DNA of 64,000 bases from a virus (Duplodnaviria; Caudoviricetes). Shown here in pieces: positions 37,152 through 47,267 of the stretch. The stretch's first letter is position 1; each line of letters starts with the position of its first letter. The stretch is from IMG/VR virus record IMGVR_UViG_3300017912_002752. One strand, given 5' to 3'. Under the pieces are notes generated by a model. The model had not been told where the DNA came from, searched no databases, and was given only the letters and a program-made list of their open reading frames with translations. A program made the translations under genes and the position numbers.

Positions 37152-38060
37152 TTATCTCATATACTTTGTTATACTTTCAGGTGCGTTGTCTTTAACCCAC
37201 GCGAATAGTAACATTTTCCAAGTCTTTTCAGGTAGAATTCCTTTACCCTCTCTTTTAACTGGCAGAGATAAGAATCCTTTTGCTATTCCTTCTACATTGT
37301 TTCCGTCTGCGTCCTTGTAGAATACCGTATGTTTTGGGTTGTTAAGAATCACATCAACCCTACCATTTAATCCATTTGGCATTGCCTTTGTTATAAGACC
37401 CCAAACAGTATTTGCTGCACCTTCATGAGTTTTTAGTAAAATATCTTCAGGCACCATTCGTTCTCGTTTTCTATTATTTTCCATTGCGGTTACATAGTTA
37501 GTAAGTACCCATGTTAAGTGAATATTTTTAGACTGATATCCGGCTTTCTTTAACATTGGAATTACATTTGTAATATCTGTAACATCCTTTGCGGTGATGT
37601 CAAACATGATATTAGGAAGTGTTTCAGGATTATCTTTTCCGACTAATAGTTTTTCTAAGGAACTATCTTTGATACCTGTTGCTTTTACTAATTGATGTAA
37701 TGCTCTAACATGGTCAGGTTTTTTTAGTTGTAAGTTTCTTAACTGAAACCCTTGTGATTGTAAATTTCTGATGTTTTCTATTTCTTTTGCTGGAATGTTT
37801 CTACCATATTTCTTTATGATACCATCTATGTCTATTTTACCTAATCTGTTTAGAATTTGAAGTTGTTTTTTCATTTGGTCAACATCACGAACTTTAAATG
37901 CGGTGTTGTCTATAAAATGTGAACTTGAGAAACCTTTACCACTACCTGCACCACCTGCCAAAAAGACAACTTGACCATAAGGTTTTCTTTGATTATATAC
38001 AATTAATTTTTCATCTAATTGTTCTTCTGTGATTACTTCGTATATTAAATCTTTAATCAT
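37152..38060 (-). CDS. P-loop kinase (zeta-toxin/AAA_33-like) with an acidic N-terminal leader
   Basis: FLAGGAGSGKG, FDIT, NRKRERMVPE. Confidence 0.7.
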   Translation of the reverse strand: MIKDLIYEVITEEQLDEKLIVYNQRKPYGQVVFLAGGAGSGKGFSSSHFIDNTAFKVRDVDQMKKQLQILNRLGKIDIDGIIKKYGRNIPAKEIENIRNLQSQGFQLRNLQLKKPDHVRALHQLVKATGIKDSSLEKLLVGKDNPETLPNIMFDITAKDVTDITNVIPMLKKAGYQSKNIHLTWVLTNYVTAMENNRKRERMVPEDILLKTHEGAANTVWGLITKAMPNGLNGRVDVILNNPKHTVFYKDADGNNVEGIAKGFLSLPVKREGKGILPEKTWKMLLFAWVKDNAPESITKYMR

Positions 38061-38333
38061 TTATGCCCTTTTCTGAAACTTTCGTTTTAATCTTTTCTGT
38101 TTTTCAGTTTCTGGTCTTACACTTTTTACACTATCTGCCGAACCTGGCTGACCTTGTACTTTATAGGGAAACATCTTATTTAGTTTATCCTGGCGTTCAT
38201 CACACCCACAATCGTCTGCTCCTGCCACCTCTGCAATCTTTTCAGCAAGTTTATCTAACTTTGTGGCCGATGTGATTTTTTTAATTGTATCACCCAATCC
38301 TTTTGATTGTTCATTCCATTTCATAATTTTCAC
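38061..38333 (-). CDS. Conserved phage hypothetical protein
   Basis: GLGDTI...DCGCDERQDKLN motif. Confidence 0.65.
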   Translation of the reverse strand: MKIMKWNEQSKGLGDTIKKITSATKLDKLAEKIAEVAGADDCGCDERQDKLNKMFPYKVQGQPGSADSVKSVRPETEKQKRLKRKFQKRA

Positions 38334-38550
38334 CTATTTCAACATTGAAACCATCTTTAAGAAACAATTGATATAGGTTTTCAACCATTACCATGTCCCC
38401 TGTATAAATATCACACTTTCCATTATTATGTACTATTTGAGCTATCGATTGTCCCTGTGTCACTGGATACGACAAATACTTTCTTAGTACTCTAATAACA
38501 TCCTCAAAAGAGTGATGGTCATCATTTAATAAATATAGTGTTGAATTCAT
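38311..38550 (-). CDS. clpS: ClpS-like N-degron adaptor
   Basis: LYLLNDDHHSFEDVI...AQIVHNNGKC. Confidence 0.85.
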   Translation of the reverse strand: MNSTLYLLNDDHHSFEDVIRVLRKYLSYPVTQGQSIAQIVHNNGKCDIYTGDMVMVENLYQLFLKDGFNVEIGENYEME

Positions 38551-38700
38551 AAATCATAATAAATTACATTTTCTATATCGTATTCATTTTTATACTTTTC
38601 AACATATATTGGTACTTCGATACTTGCACCTATAACTGCTTCAACTTTTACATCATCATTTGTTTGTACATAAACTATAAACTCTTCCTCAAACATTGGG

Positions 38701-38913
38701 TCAAGTTTTTTTACTACTATTTTCATTTGGTTTCTCCAACATATCCATTAGCTCTTTAATGTGTTGACATTTAGTATAATCTTCTATATCTTCATAGAAG
38801 TTTAACATCTTGTTCAACAAGCGTTTTTTAGTAGACAAATCAATGTAATCAGGATTATACAATAAGATATCGTAAACCTCATCCATTGCCTTTGTTACAT
38901 ATTCTTCAGCCAT
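38701..38913 (-). CDS. Small protein with a UvrB/UvrC-like coiled-coil motif
   Basis: FYEDIEDYTKCQHIKE. Confidence 0.5.
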   Translation of the reverse strand: MAEEYVTKAMDEVYDILLYNPDYIDLSTKKRLLNKMLNFYEDIEDYTKCQHIKELMDMLEKPNENSSKKT

Positions 38914-38939
38914 AAATATATTTTGGAAAGTTAATAAAA

Positions 38940-39323
38940 CTACATTTTTGCGATAGCTTCAGAGAAAATCCACCCTAAAATACCAACAATACCACTAAAA
39001 AGTACCCAAAGTGCCTTTACAACACCACTTTTCCACTCTTGAAGTTTTTCCAGCTCGTTTTTTAATTCTGATATTTCTTCAGGTAATTCACCTGCATTTT
39101 TTCTGAATTCAGTATTTTTGTTTACTCTGACAATTACACCATTTTCTGGATTAAGTAAGGTATATTTTATATCTGAGAAATCTTCCTTTAAATCTTGTTG
39201 AAACTCGTGTAGAGCATTGATTGTTTGTTCCATTCGTTTAAGTTCACCATTTGGTAACTTAGTTTTCATCTTCCCAATCTCTGCGAGAATCTCGTTAAGT
39301 ATGTCTTTTTGTGTACCTGCCAT
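38940..39323 (-). CDS. Coiled-coil protein with C-terminal TM helix
   Basis: ORF track; hydrophobic C-terminus. Confidence 0.6.
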   Translation of the reverse strand: MAGTQKDILNEILAEIGKMKTKLPNGELKRMEQTINALHEFQQDLKEDFSDIKYTLLNPENGVIVRVNKNTEFRKNAGELPEEISELKNELEKLQEWKSGVVKALWVLFSGIVGILGWIFSEAIAKM

Positions 39324-39343
39324 TGCGTAAATCCCTTTTATTT

Positions 39344-40072
39344 TTATAAATATGAAGTTTTATACCAAATCGCAGCTTTACTATCTGATTTTTCGTGTTC
39401 TGGTCTATCTTTTGTAAAGTAATATAATGCGAATGAATATCTTGATACTTCCTCAGGACAAACTAATGGTGTTGGGTGTCCATGTATTGAGTCATCCGTT
39501 GTATTAAATATTACTGCTCTATTAAATGTAGGTAGTATAGATTTTACCTTAACTAATGGGTCTTTTTCATATAAATCTAAATGACCATTATAGTTCCAAT
39601 TTGGAGTAAGATATAATAGTAAGTTAATTCTTCTCCAGATATCTTTGTTTGGATGTTTGTTATAGTCTGAATGTAATTCTAATCTACCACCATTTTTAAT
39701 TTTGTGAATTCCACCACCTTCGAAGTCAACATCTGCAATCAAATCTTTTATGCCTGTTAAATTCTCTAAAAATAATAAAAATGGTCTTGAGTTAAAATAT
39801 TGTAAACATTTCCAAACTGCGGGCATATCTGATTCTATTCTGTTTTTGGAATCTGTATCGAATGGAGTCCACCATTTGTTTACCTGCGAGTCCCTTTCGT
39901 CTTCAGGATATCCCATCATAGAATCAAACATCCACTCTTGGTGTTGAGACATTTGATTGTAACATTGTAACGCCAAGTCTTCTGGTATGAAGTCATCAAT
40001 GACAATATGTGGAAACGGATTTGCTAATGCGTAGTTTGACCTACAACTATCAGCCAATGATTTGTTTATCAT
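39344..40072 (-). CDS. 2OG-Fe(II) oxygenase
   Basis: PFPHIVIDDF, LHSD, FNRAVIF, SIHG, RYSFALYY. Confidence 0.9.
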   Translation of the reverse strand: MINKSLADSCRSNYALANPFPHIVIDDFIPEDLALQCYNQMSQHQEWMFDSMMGYPEDERDSQVNKWWTPFDTDSKNRIESDMPAVWKCLQYFNSRPFLLFLENLTGIKDLIADVDFEGGGIHKIKNGGRLELHSDYNKHPNKDIWRRINLLLYLTPNWNYNGHLDLYEKDPLVKVKSILPTFNRAVIFNTTDDSIHGHPTPLVCPEEVSRYSFALYYFTKDRPEHEKSDSKAAIWYKTSYL

Positions 40073-40638
40073 AACTTATTTGTATATAATTCTTGTATAT
40101 AATTCTCTAATATTTCTTTTCTCTGACTTGGTTTAAGATGTTCTACTGCAAGTACAGATTTGATTCTAACATTAGGATATTTTTTCTGTAATTTTTGTAC
40201 TGCTCTTACATTCTTTATTGAGTCATCCATGAATGCGATGTCAGTATATCCCTTCTCAATATGTTTCTCAATCCAATCTGCTTTGTCTTTAGGATTATTA
40301 CTTGCCAATGTGACAGGATAAACATCCATACCATAAGTGTCTTTGAAAAACTTTCTGATTGGAAATCCTAATGCTCTTGCGGTTAATATTGTTACCTTTT
40401 TTTCTGGATTAGATAACATCTTCTGTAATAATTTGAAATTCTTTTTGATTACTTTAGGATTATTCAACATACTATTGAAATCTCTAAAGTCAAACTCATC
40501 ACCCCTTTGTGGTTTGTATTTTGCGTATTGTCCAGGGTCTAATGTAGTTTCTGTACCATCTTTATGTGTAACATAGATATATGCGGTACTCTTTGCGAGT
40601 GTATCATCAAAATCAAAAACTCTTAATACTCTACCCAT
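40069..40638 (-). CDS. HAD-superfamily hydrolase
   Basis: VFDFDDTL, ILTAR, FMDDSIKN. Confidence 0.8.
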   Translation of the reverse strand: MGRVLRVFDFDDTLAKSTAYIYVTHKDGTETTLDPGQYAKYKPQRGDEFDFRDFNSMLNNPKVIKKNFKLLQKMLSNPEKKVTILTARALGFPIRKFFKDTYGMDVYPVTLASNNPKDKADWIEKHIEKGYTDIAFMDDSIKNVRAVQKLQKKYPNVRIKSVLAVEHLKPSQRKEILENYIQELYTNKL

Positions 40639-40689
40639 AATTTATCCTTTTGAATAAATATACGAAAATATTCGCAAATATCCAAACTT

Positions 40690-41067
40690 TTATTTGATTT
40701 TCTTTAGGATAGGTTCTATATCTAATGCTATCGTATACTGTTCTTTATGTCTGTATGCGATAGGTTCAAACTTTTGTTTTGTTATCTTCGATACGAACTT
40801 TGCTAATTGTTTAGTGATATCATCTTTTGATATACTACCTAAACTATCAATCTTATCTAAATCTTTTGAACTCTTTGGAATACAAACTAAAGTTGGTCCT
40901 TTACCTAAAAAATCAGGATGAACATAATTAAAATTAAACTCAACATATTGAGATGGCATTTGTGCGTCTTTTGCGTTTGATGTTAATACAACCTTTGCTT
41001 TTCCATAAAACATTACTTCGTTTAATGGTTGTTTTCCTTCGTTTAATATGTCTTTTAATTTTATCAT
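40690..41067 (-). CDS. Hypothetical protein with MIKLKDILNE leader (candidate virion-internal protein)
   Basis: N-terminal ILNE/PLNE motifs. Confidence 0.6.
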   Translation of the reverse strand: MIKLKDILNEGKQPLNEVMFYGKAKVVLTSNAKDAQMPSQYVEFNFNYVHPDFLGKGPTLVCIPKSSKDLDKIDSLGSISKDDITKQLAKFVSKITKQKFEPIAYRHKEQYTIALDIEPILKKIK

Positions 41068-41077
41068 AATTTTCTTT

Positions 41078-41617
41078 CTAATCTAATAAGTAACCATAAG
41101 GTGTTGCGTCTATATCCAATCCAATTGGATAGTTTTCTAACTTTAAATCCACAGTCATAGTTCTCTGAATGTATGGATTATAAAATTCACCTTCGGCGTC
41201 TAAACAAATTAATCCATTGTGTACATCTGCTACTAAAACATTATTCCAAACAACATATTCTTGGTCACCTGGAATCTCTATTCCTGCATACTTGTTGTCG
41301 ATATTTTCCCAAGTGTAAGTTCCGATGTCTAACAATGCATCATTGTCGTCACCATCTGAATCTAAAACATACAATGCGAAGTGTTGTCTATCTAATCTTG
41401 GTTCACCATCATCTACTTGTAGATACAGAATGAATATTTTTTTGATAGTATCGTCAATGTATTTTACACCACCAAATGATTTGATTTGTGCATATCTCTC
41501 ATTTGGGTCAAAAGATTCCCCATCAAGTGAAATCTCGAATACAGGTTCTAATACTTCTTCTTTTTCACATCCTAAAATTAGGAATAAACTTAATAATAAT
41601 AATAATTTTTTCATCAT
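41078..41617 (-). CDS. Lipoprotein
   Basis: MKKLLLLLSLFLILGC lipobox with acidic sequence after Cys. Confidence 0.75.
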   Translation of the reverse strand: MMKKLLLLLSLFLILGCEKEEVLEPVFEISLDGESFDPNERYAQIKSFGGVKYIDDTIKKIFILYLQVDDGEPRLDRQHFALYVLDSDGDDNDALLDIGTYTWENIDNKYAGIEIPGDQEYVVWNNVLVADVHNGLICLDAEGEFYNPYIQRTMTVDLKLENYPIGLDIDATPYGYLLD

Positions 41618-42606
41618 TTTAACCTTGCTCTAAATGGTATGTCATTTTCTCTCCAAAAAGCGTTTAGCATACTATGAAAGTTTTTGATAAGTTTTATCGC
41701 TTCTTTCTTCTTTTCAGGTGTATGGGTATCTAATCTTCCCTGTGGAATAATTCCTTTCGTAAATTGACTGATTTTAAATATACCAACCTCATTTACAGGT
41801 TCAGTTAGATTATCACCACCATCTTTACCCTTTCCTTTGTGTAAAGACCTATTCATGCCAACGCCTTCTTTCTGATAAGTGTTCCTACCACCTAAACACC
41901 TACCATCTAATGTAACCGGCCCTGGACATTTGTTTCCAAGGTTATCATAATAAATCTCTTTTATATACTTATCTTTCACTAACATTTGATGTAACTCTTT
42001 ACCTTTTCCTTTTATATCTTTCTCTGCCATTCTATATGTAGGTCCTTTGAATAATTTTACATATAGTTTTTCTAAGAAATCATACTTTTTTTCATCAGGT
42101 AAAGATTTCATTACTTTATTTATTTTTCCTCTATTTTTGTATATGTATTTTTTCATATCATCGTAGAAGAATGTATTTACATTTTCGTTTATTGATTCAT
42201 TGAATATACTTGTTTTTCGTGTATCAATTTTTAACTTTTTTAGTAAATCATAAATCTGATATATTTCACTATCTTTATTGTGACCAGGATGTAATTCAAT
42301 ATCTATTGTTTTTCCATCGAGTGATGCACCTTTAAATTTTCTATTGATTTTCTTTAAACCTAAATTTAATGCTTTAAGTACTTGTTCAGAGTTTTCATCC
42401 ATCGGCATATCTTTTGGAAACTCAACTTCAAAACTTTCTTTAACAATTCTAAAGTTGACTACCCTTCTACCATTAATTGTTGGCATACCATGGTCATCTT
42501 TTCCGATTGATTTAACAACTACTTTCTTGTTCTTAAATCTACCTGTTAAGATGGTGTCGCCTACTTTTACTGGCAATACGATATTTTCCGACCAAAGTGT
42601 TTTCAT
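41614..42606 (-). CDS. Mosaic hypothetical protein (candidate virion-internal protein)
   Basis: Start MKTLWSE; segments separated by V/I-x-E motifs. Confidence 0.55.
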   Translation of the reverse strand: MKTLWSENIVLPVKVGDTILTGRFKNKKVVVKSIGKDDHGMPTINGRRVVNFRIVKESFEVEFPKDMPMDENSEQVLKALNLGLKKINRKFKGASLDGKTIDIELHPGHNKDSEIYQIYDLLKKLKIDTRKTSIFNESINENVNTFFYDDMKKYIYKNRGKINKVMKSLPDEKKYDFLEKLYVKLFKGPTYRMAEKDIKGKGKELHQMLVKDKYIKEIYYDNLGNKCPGPVTLDGRCLGGRNTYQKEGVGMNRSLHKGKGKDGGDNLTEPVNEVGIFKISQFTKGIIPQGRLDTHTPEKKKEAIKLIKNFHSMLNAFWRENDIPFRARLK

Positions 42607-42610
42607 TTTT

Positions 42611-42973
42611 TTATTTTTTAGTTGTGTTTTGAAACTTAAACTTCTCACCTGTAATAGATAACTTATCTATAACTTCAGTTTGAACATCTCTTAATAGTTT
42701 CTCTAACTTGTCTTTTTCGACAACCATAGCAGATACCTTGTCTTCTAATGCCTCATTCCTAGCTTTTAGTGATTCTACCTCTTCAGGATTCTTACCTATA
42801 AAAGTATAGATAACAACTGAAAGTGAACCAACTAACATACCGACAATTACTTTGAATATATCGTTATTAGTTTCAGGTATCTCAAAAAATGCTAAAAATA
42901 ACAAAAGTCCCATTACAAGTATGAATACTGTAGCAGCACCTATATATCCTCTTAGTTCTTTATCTTTAAACAT
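42611..42973 (-). CDS. Two-TM membrane protein with C-terminal coiled coil (holin/spanin-like candidate)
   Basis: Two TM helices, then heptad repeats. Confidence 0.55.
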   Translation of the reverse strand: MFKDKELRGYIGAATVFILVMGLLLFLAFFEIPETNNDIFKVIVGMLVGSLSVVIYTFIGKNPEEVESLKARNEALEDKVSAMVVEKDKLEKLLRDVQTEVIDKLSITGEKFKFQNTTKK

Positions 42974-42986
42974 ATCCCCTCTTTTC

Positions 42987-43634
42987 TTAAACTCTTTTTG
43001 TTTTTTTTAAATAATTAAACATTTCATGACCCAGTTTCATTCCAAACTTGGAATCACTTGGGTAATGTGCTCTTCCTATATTTCTACTTTTAGATATGTC
43101 TCTACCCAAACTCATTAAATTATATTGATGTTGGGGGTACATATCTGATAAAACTCTACCTATAAGTATCCCCTGACAAGAATGTCCGCTTGGATATGAT
43201 GGAGTTTTCATTGAATCCATAATAGTATCATCACCAATACTCATATCTATCAATGGATGTTGTGCCAATTGATATGGTCTTGGTCTATTATAGTGATATT
43301 TTAATTTCATTATTAGTATAGAACTATCTTGTAATAATTTTTCTACTATGCTATCTGGAAATTCTAATCCGACTGTATCTAAATACTCTTTGAATGTTCT
43401 ATCGACATCATCCATTTTTTTTACAAAATCTGGATCCTGTCTTAATTTTGATAATTCTTCTAATTCTATTCGAGTTTTTGATGAGGCATTACATGAAGGT
43501 GGATTTCCCATGAAGTTTTTTAGTGGAAAATCTTGGAGTAAGGATGGGGTTCTTTTCATTTTTTTCAGATGTTTTGGTTTTATTTCATCTGTGTATCCCA
43601 TTTTTTTAAGATTGTGTATATCTGTAAGTTTCAT
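42987..43634 (-). CDS. PAP2-superfamily phosphatase (haloperoxidase-like fold)
   Basis: KYHYNRPRP, TPSYPSGH, SRNIGRAHYPSD. Confidence 0.85.
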   Translation of the reverse strand: MKLTDIHNLKKMGYTDEIKPKHLKKMKRTPSLLQDFPLKNFMGNPPSCNASSKTRIELEELSKLRQDPDFVKKMDDVDRTFKEYLDTVGLEFPDSIVEKLLQDSSILIMKLKYHYNRPRPYQLAQHPLIDMSIGDDTIMDSMKTPSYPSGHSCQGILIGRVLSDMYPQHQYNLMSLGRDISKSRNIGRAHYPSDSKFGMKLGHEMFNYLKKTKRV

Positions 43635-43768
43635 CTTCCTTGTCCGCGATATTTCTTCTTATAGTGTTTACTTCCTTTACTTCTTGATGTTTTGGTCTTT
43701 GAGTGTATACCCGGCCTCTTCTTTGGGGGTGTACGATGATAGGTACTAACTACCGCTCTCTTTGCCAT
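43631..43768 (-). CDS. Small very basic protein (45 aa)
   Basis: Manual translation MAKRAVVSTYHRTPPKKRPGIHSKTKTSRSKGSKHYKKKYRGQGR. Confidence 0.6.
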   Translation of the reverse strand: MAKRAVVSTYHRTPPKKRPGIHSKTKTSRSKGSKHYKKKYRGQGR

Positions 43769-43780
43769 TTTATAACCTTT

Positions 43781-44185
43781 CTAAAACTGAGATGCTGACT
43801 TAACCTCATCTATATGTTCTTGTAACTCGTCTAAAGTAACTGGACATTCTAAGTCCAATCCTGCTTTATACATTTCTTCTTTTATACCATCTTTGAATAC
43901 TATGATGGTCGGCGCCATTCGTATTCTATATTCTTTTTTAGCGTTTGGTGCAGTTGCTATATCAATTCTGTAATAGTGAGTTATTCCTTTAAGTTTGTCC
44001 CAATCTTGAAATGCGTTTGCATCATTAAATTTTGCCCAAAACTCAACTATAACGATTGACATTTCATCGTCACCAAATGCGGACTTATTAGATATTTTTT
44101 CATCAAAGTTACTATCTGTTATCCAATCTTGTCCAAATGAGTTACTACTAATAAGTAACATCACTAAAAATAACAATTTTTTCAT
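43781..44185 (-). CDS. Exported thioredoxin-fold protein lacking CxxC
   Basis: Signal peptide SFG|Q; IVEFWAKFN in place of WCxxC; APTIIVFKDG. Confidence 0.75.
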   Translation of the reverse strand: MKKLLFLVMLLISSNSFGQDWITDSNFDEKISNKSAFGDDEMSIVIVEFWAKFNDANAFQDWDKLKGITHYYRIDIATAPNAKKEYRIRMAPTIIVFKDGIKEEMYKAGLDLECPVTLDELQEHIDEVKSASQF

Positions 44186-44200
44186 ATACTGAAACCTGTT

Positions 44201-44488
44201 TTATCTACGACTTTGTTGTAATTCGTAGAGTCGTTCATCAATTTTATCAAGTTTATCCTTGATATCGTCTACATCGTCTTGAGTATCTAAAATGGTCTGG
44301 CGAATTAATTCGTCCTTCAGGTCATACTCAGTTCTATCAATGACAGGTGCAGGTAATTCCTTTGCCTCTTGGATGTCACCTTGAAGAGTAAACCACATTC
44401 CGACAACCGTTGCTACAAAAAACAGAATTACCCCGATTGTTTTTAAATCAAGGGTAATTTTAGTTTCTTCTGATACTTGCTTTGCCAT
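44201..44488 (-). CDS. Single-TM coiled-coil protein
   Basis: N-terminal TM, C-terminal heptads. Confidence 0.6.
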   Translation of the reverse strand: MAKQVSEETKITLDLKTIGVILFFVATVVGMWFTLQGDIQEAKELPAPVIDRTEYDLKDELIRQTILDTQDDVDDIKDKLDKIDERLYELQQSRR

Positions 44489-44505
44489 AACAATCTCTTC
44501 CTCTA

Positions 44506-45759
44506 TTACCTAAATGTATAGTTTATACCAAATGTTGTAATGAAAAATTTAGAATCCCACATTTGAGTATATTCACCTTCTGCGAATAATCCAATTGATT
44601 TTCCGATTTTCCATCCAAAGTTTGCACCTGCTTGGTAATCCCACCATTGTTCACCTTCTGCTGCGTCTGCCAACCCATACTGGTCCCAATCGTTTCTGTA
44701 TAGGTAAGATAGGGGAACTCTACCGAAATCATCTTTATCACCCATTACATACTTGTGATGTGGTAAAAATGCTGAACCATATAGGTGTAGCCAAAAGTTT
44801 GACTTGTAGTGATAGAAATCGAATCCGACTACTGGTGAAATTAATCCAAATTCTGCCGTATTACCTAAAATATCATTATTGTATTCTGAGATTAACCTTT
44901 TATATGCACCATCTCTAAATTCTAAATCCGAAGATGCAATTCTTCTTCCTTCAGGGTCCCACCAAAAATAACCACCTATATTTTGTTCTTGACCTGTTAT
45001 AGGATTTAAAATAGTTGTTGTATAAAATGCGTCTTGATATCCGTATTCATATGCAAGTTCATACCAGTAGTTAGCTTGTGAACCATCAGGATTTAAAGCA
45101 CTTACCCAAATTTCATATGGATTTACACCATATACTCTTTCGTGAGTTCTGAATGCTGCTCCTGCTGATATAGAGAACTTTTTACCAATTGGTAATCTTC
45201 CTCTTACTTCTGCTGCACTATAATTAAAGTCAAATGCACCTTGATATCTTTGTTCTAATTTTACAATATGGTGTTTACCTGTATGTCTAAGGAAATATCT
45301 TAGGTTAGACCATTCTTCACCTCTTCTTCTCTCTTTTTCAAAGTGGAATAAGTATTCCCACCCTGTTACTGCTGAAGTTGGTGCGATTAGTGCGTTTTGT
45401 CTTTCTAAGTTTTGGTCACCTGTCCAAAAGTTACCTGGCTTTCTTTCGTATCCAAAGCGACCTAATTTACGAATACCAAACCCGATTCTATAATCTGATG
45501 GGAAGTATTCAGTAACATCTACTACTTCAGGTACATCATAAATACCTTGTCCATCTGGTGTTCTAATTAAGTATTTTTTGTCCGAACTTTCGTAAGGTGC
45601 TCTATAATCACCTGCTCCATATACTGTTGCGTATTTGAAGAAGTTATTATAGAAAGTTTTTAATATTGGTTTTTTGTCTTTCTTTTTTTCATCTTGTGCA
45701 TTGACACTCATTGGTGTAATCATCAAGATAATCATCAAAATTGATAATAAATTTCTCAT
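44506..45759 (-). CDS. Exported protein, probable outer-membrane beta-barrel
   Basis: Signal peptide VNA|Q, amphipathic aromatic strands, C-terminal FGINYTFR beta-signal-like end. Confidence 0.6.
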   Translation of the reverse strand: MRNLLSILMIILMITPMSVNAQDEKKKDKKPILKTFYNNFFKYATVYGAGDYRAPYESSDKKYLIRTPDGQGIYDVPEVVDVTEYFPSDYRIGFGIRKLGRFGYERKPGNFWTGDQNLERQNALIAPTSAVTGWEYLFHFEKERRRGEEWSNLRYFLRHTGKHHIVKLEQRYQGAFDFNYSAAEVRGRLPIGKKFSISAGAAFRTHERVYGVNPYEIWVSALNPDGSQANYWYELAYEYGYQDAFYTTTILNPITGQEQNIGGYFWWDPEGRRIASSDLEFRDGAYKRLISEYNNDILGNTAEFGLISPVVGFDFYHYKSNFWLHLYGSAFLPHHKYVMGDKDDFGRVPLSYLYRNDWDQYGLADAAEGEQWWDYQAGANFGWKIGKSIGLFAEGEYTQMWDSKFFITTFGINYTFR

Positions 45760-45777
45760 TGTGGTTCTAACCCCTCT

Positions 45778-46026
45778 TTACTTTTTAGCAAATTTTTCTA
45801 ACCCTGCGATACCAAAACAACCAAGAGTTACAAATACGAATGAATTGTAAATGAACTCATTGATTACTAAATCTTTTCCAAAGTATCCAGTTGCAAGGTC
45901 AAAGAATGCGAATAGAGTCATGACTGCGAAAGACATGAAACCAATTACATTCTTTTCATTAATGTCGTTGTCGTCCTTAAAGATGTTTTTAAATGCCATC
46001 CATTTTCTCCCGATATATTTAAACAT
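45778..46026 (-). CDS. Holin-like two-TM protein
   Basis: Two TM helices, basic C-terminus, next to the endolysin candidate. Confidence 0.55.
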   Translation of the reverse strand: MFKYIGRKWMAFKNIFKDDNDINEKNVIGFMSFAVMTLFAFFDLATGYFGKDLVINEFIYNSFVFVTLGCFGIAGLEKFAKK

Positions 46027-46081
46027 AATATATAACCTTTTATTTAAAACTGATTACTAATATAAATAGTCTATTTTAGTA

Positions 46082-46696
46082 TTAACCGTTTATGTCATTT
46101 GAATTAATTAAAGTGTATGTAAATGAGTTACCCCAAACATCTCTTGCTTTTCTACAAATTTCCATAAACAACTTAAAATCATCGTTTGCTGCGATTACTT
46201 GACACCCTGCCGACCACTTGTCAACTTGTACTGATTTACCACCTTCTCTTGCAGTAGCTCTGTGAATATTAATTCCATAAATTCCTTCATGTACATTCTC
46301 TTCAATAAAGTCGTATGTGTCATCTCTATCACCATCTCTATATACTTTTAATGGTTTCTTTTGTCTCAGTGCCTCATACTTACCTTGATGTAGTCCAATC
46401 TTATGTGAACCTCTGTATTGACCTTCTTTTAGAATTGCCACTCCATTTTTATTTAGAAGTTGTTTCTCAGTCCAATGTGAACCTGGGTCCGTAGTTGCGT
46501 CAAAACAATGAAAGTTCCACTCACCATTTTCATTTTTGTATGAGATAGTAAGATGGTCATCGAACCTATTTGTTACTTCATTATTAGTATCTGCGTTTCT
46601 TACACCAACGATATTTACATCATAATTGTCCGATGTAAACCATTTGTATCCTTTTGCTTTTACTGCGTCTTGTATTTGTTCTCTTGTATAAGACAT
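46082..46696 (-). CDS. Putative endolysin (YkuD/L,D-transpeptidase-like Cys-His motif)
   Basis: NIVGVR, TTDPG, GINIHRA...WSAGCQV. Confidence 0.65.
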   Translation of the reverse strand: MSYTREQIQDAVKAKGYKWFTSDNYDVNIVGVRNADTNNEVTNRFDDHLTISYKNENGEWNFHCFDATTDPGSHWTEKQLLNKNGVAILKEGQYRGSHKIGLHQGKYEALRQKKPLKVYRDGDRDDTYDFIEENVHEGIYGINIHRATAREGGKSVQVDKWSAGCQVIAANDDFKLFMEICRKARDVWGNSFTYTLINSNDING

Positions 46697-46698
46697 GA

Positions 46699-47019
46699 TT
46701 ATTTCCTTTTTTTACGACCTGCACAATGAGCTTTTTGTGAGAAACCCTTTGGATTACTGCAGTCGATTGATTTTTTATATTTATCTGACCATTTCTCATC
46801 AATCTTTTTGATAAGTTCCTCTAACCTTTTTTCTAAGGTTTCTTTTTTAGATGGGAGTCCTTTATGTTTAGTTGCCGCATATTTTCTAACATCAGATGGT
46901 TTCATGTTCTTAGCAACCTTTTGCGCATCCTTTGAAAAGTCTGACGCCTTTGCATCACCTTTTTGTATCGCTCTAACGATACCCATGAATTTCTGTTGTT
47001 GTTTACTTAGTGCGGGCAT
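46699..47019 (-). CDS. Basic two-module phage protein (DUF3008-like N-terminus plus Cys-containing module)
   Basis: MPALSKQQQKFMG...TKHKGLP; KWSDKYKKSIDCSNPKGFSQKAHC. Confidence 0.6.
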   Translation of the reverse strand: MPALSKQQQKFMGIVRAIQKGDAKASDFSKDAQKVAKNMKPSDVRKYAATKHKGLPSKKETLEKRLEELIKKIDEKWSDKYKKSIDCSNPKGFSQKAHCAGRKKRK

Positions 47020-47267
47020 AAAATCTCCTTACTAATAAGTATCTAATAAAAAATTTATAGGGATGGTCCAAGTAATATCAAATGGGTCATTAACCTCTGC
47101 TACGCCCTTTTGTTCGTTGAGTGATATAAGAGTCACCCTTTCGCCCTCTACCAGACTTCCCCTGTGATTGCTGAAAGTCTCCCTCATCAATATTTTTTTT
47201 CCTATTTCTTCTTGTAAATTTTTCATAAGTTTCGTAGTATTCGTCTTCAAAGTCTATACTTCTTAAA

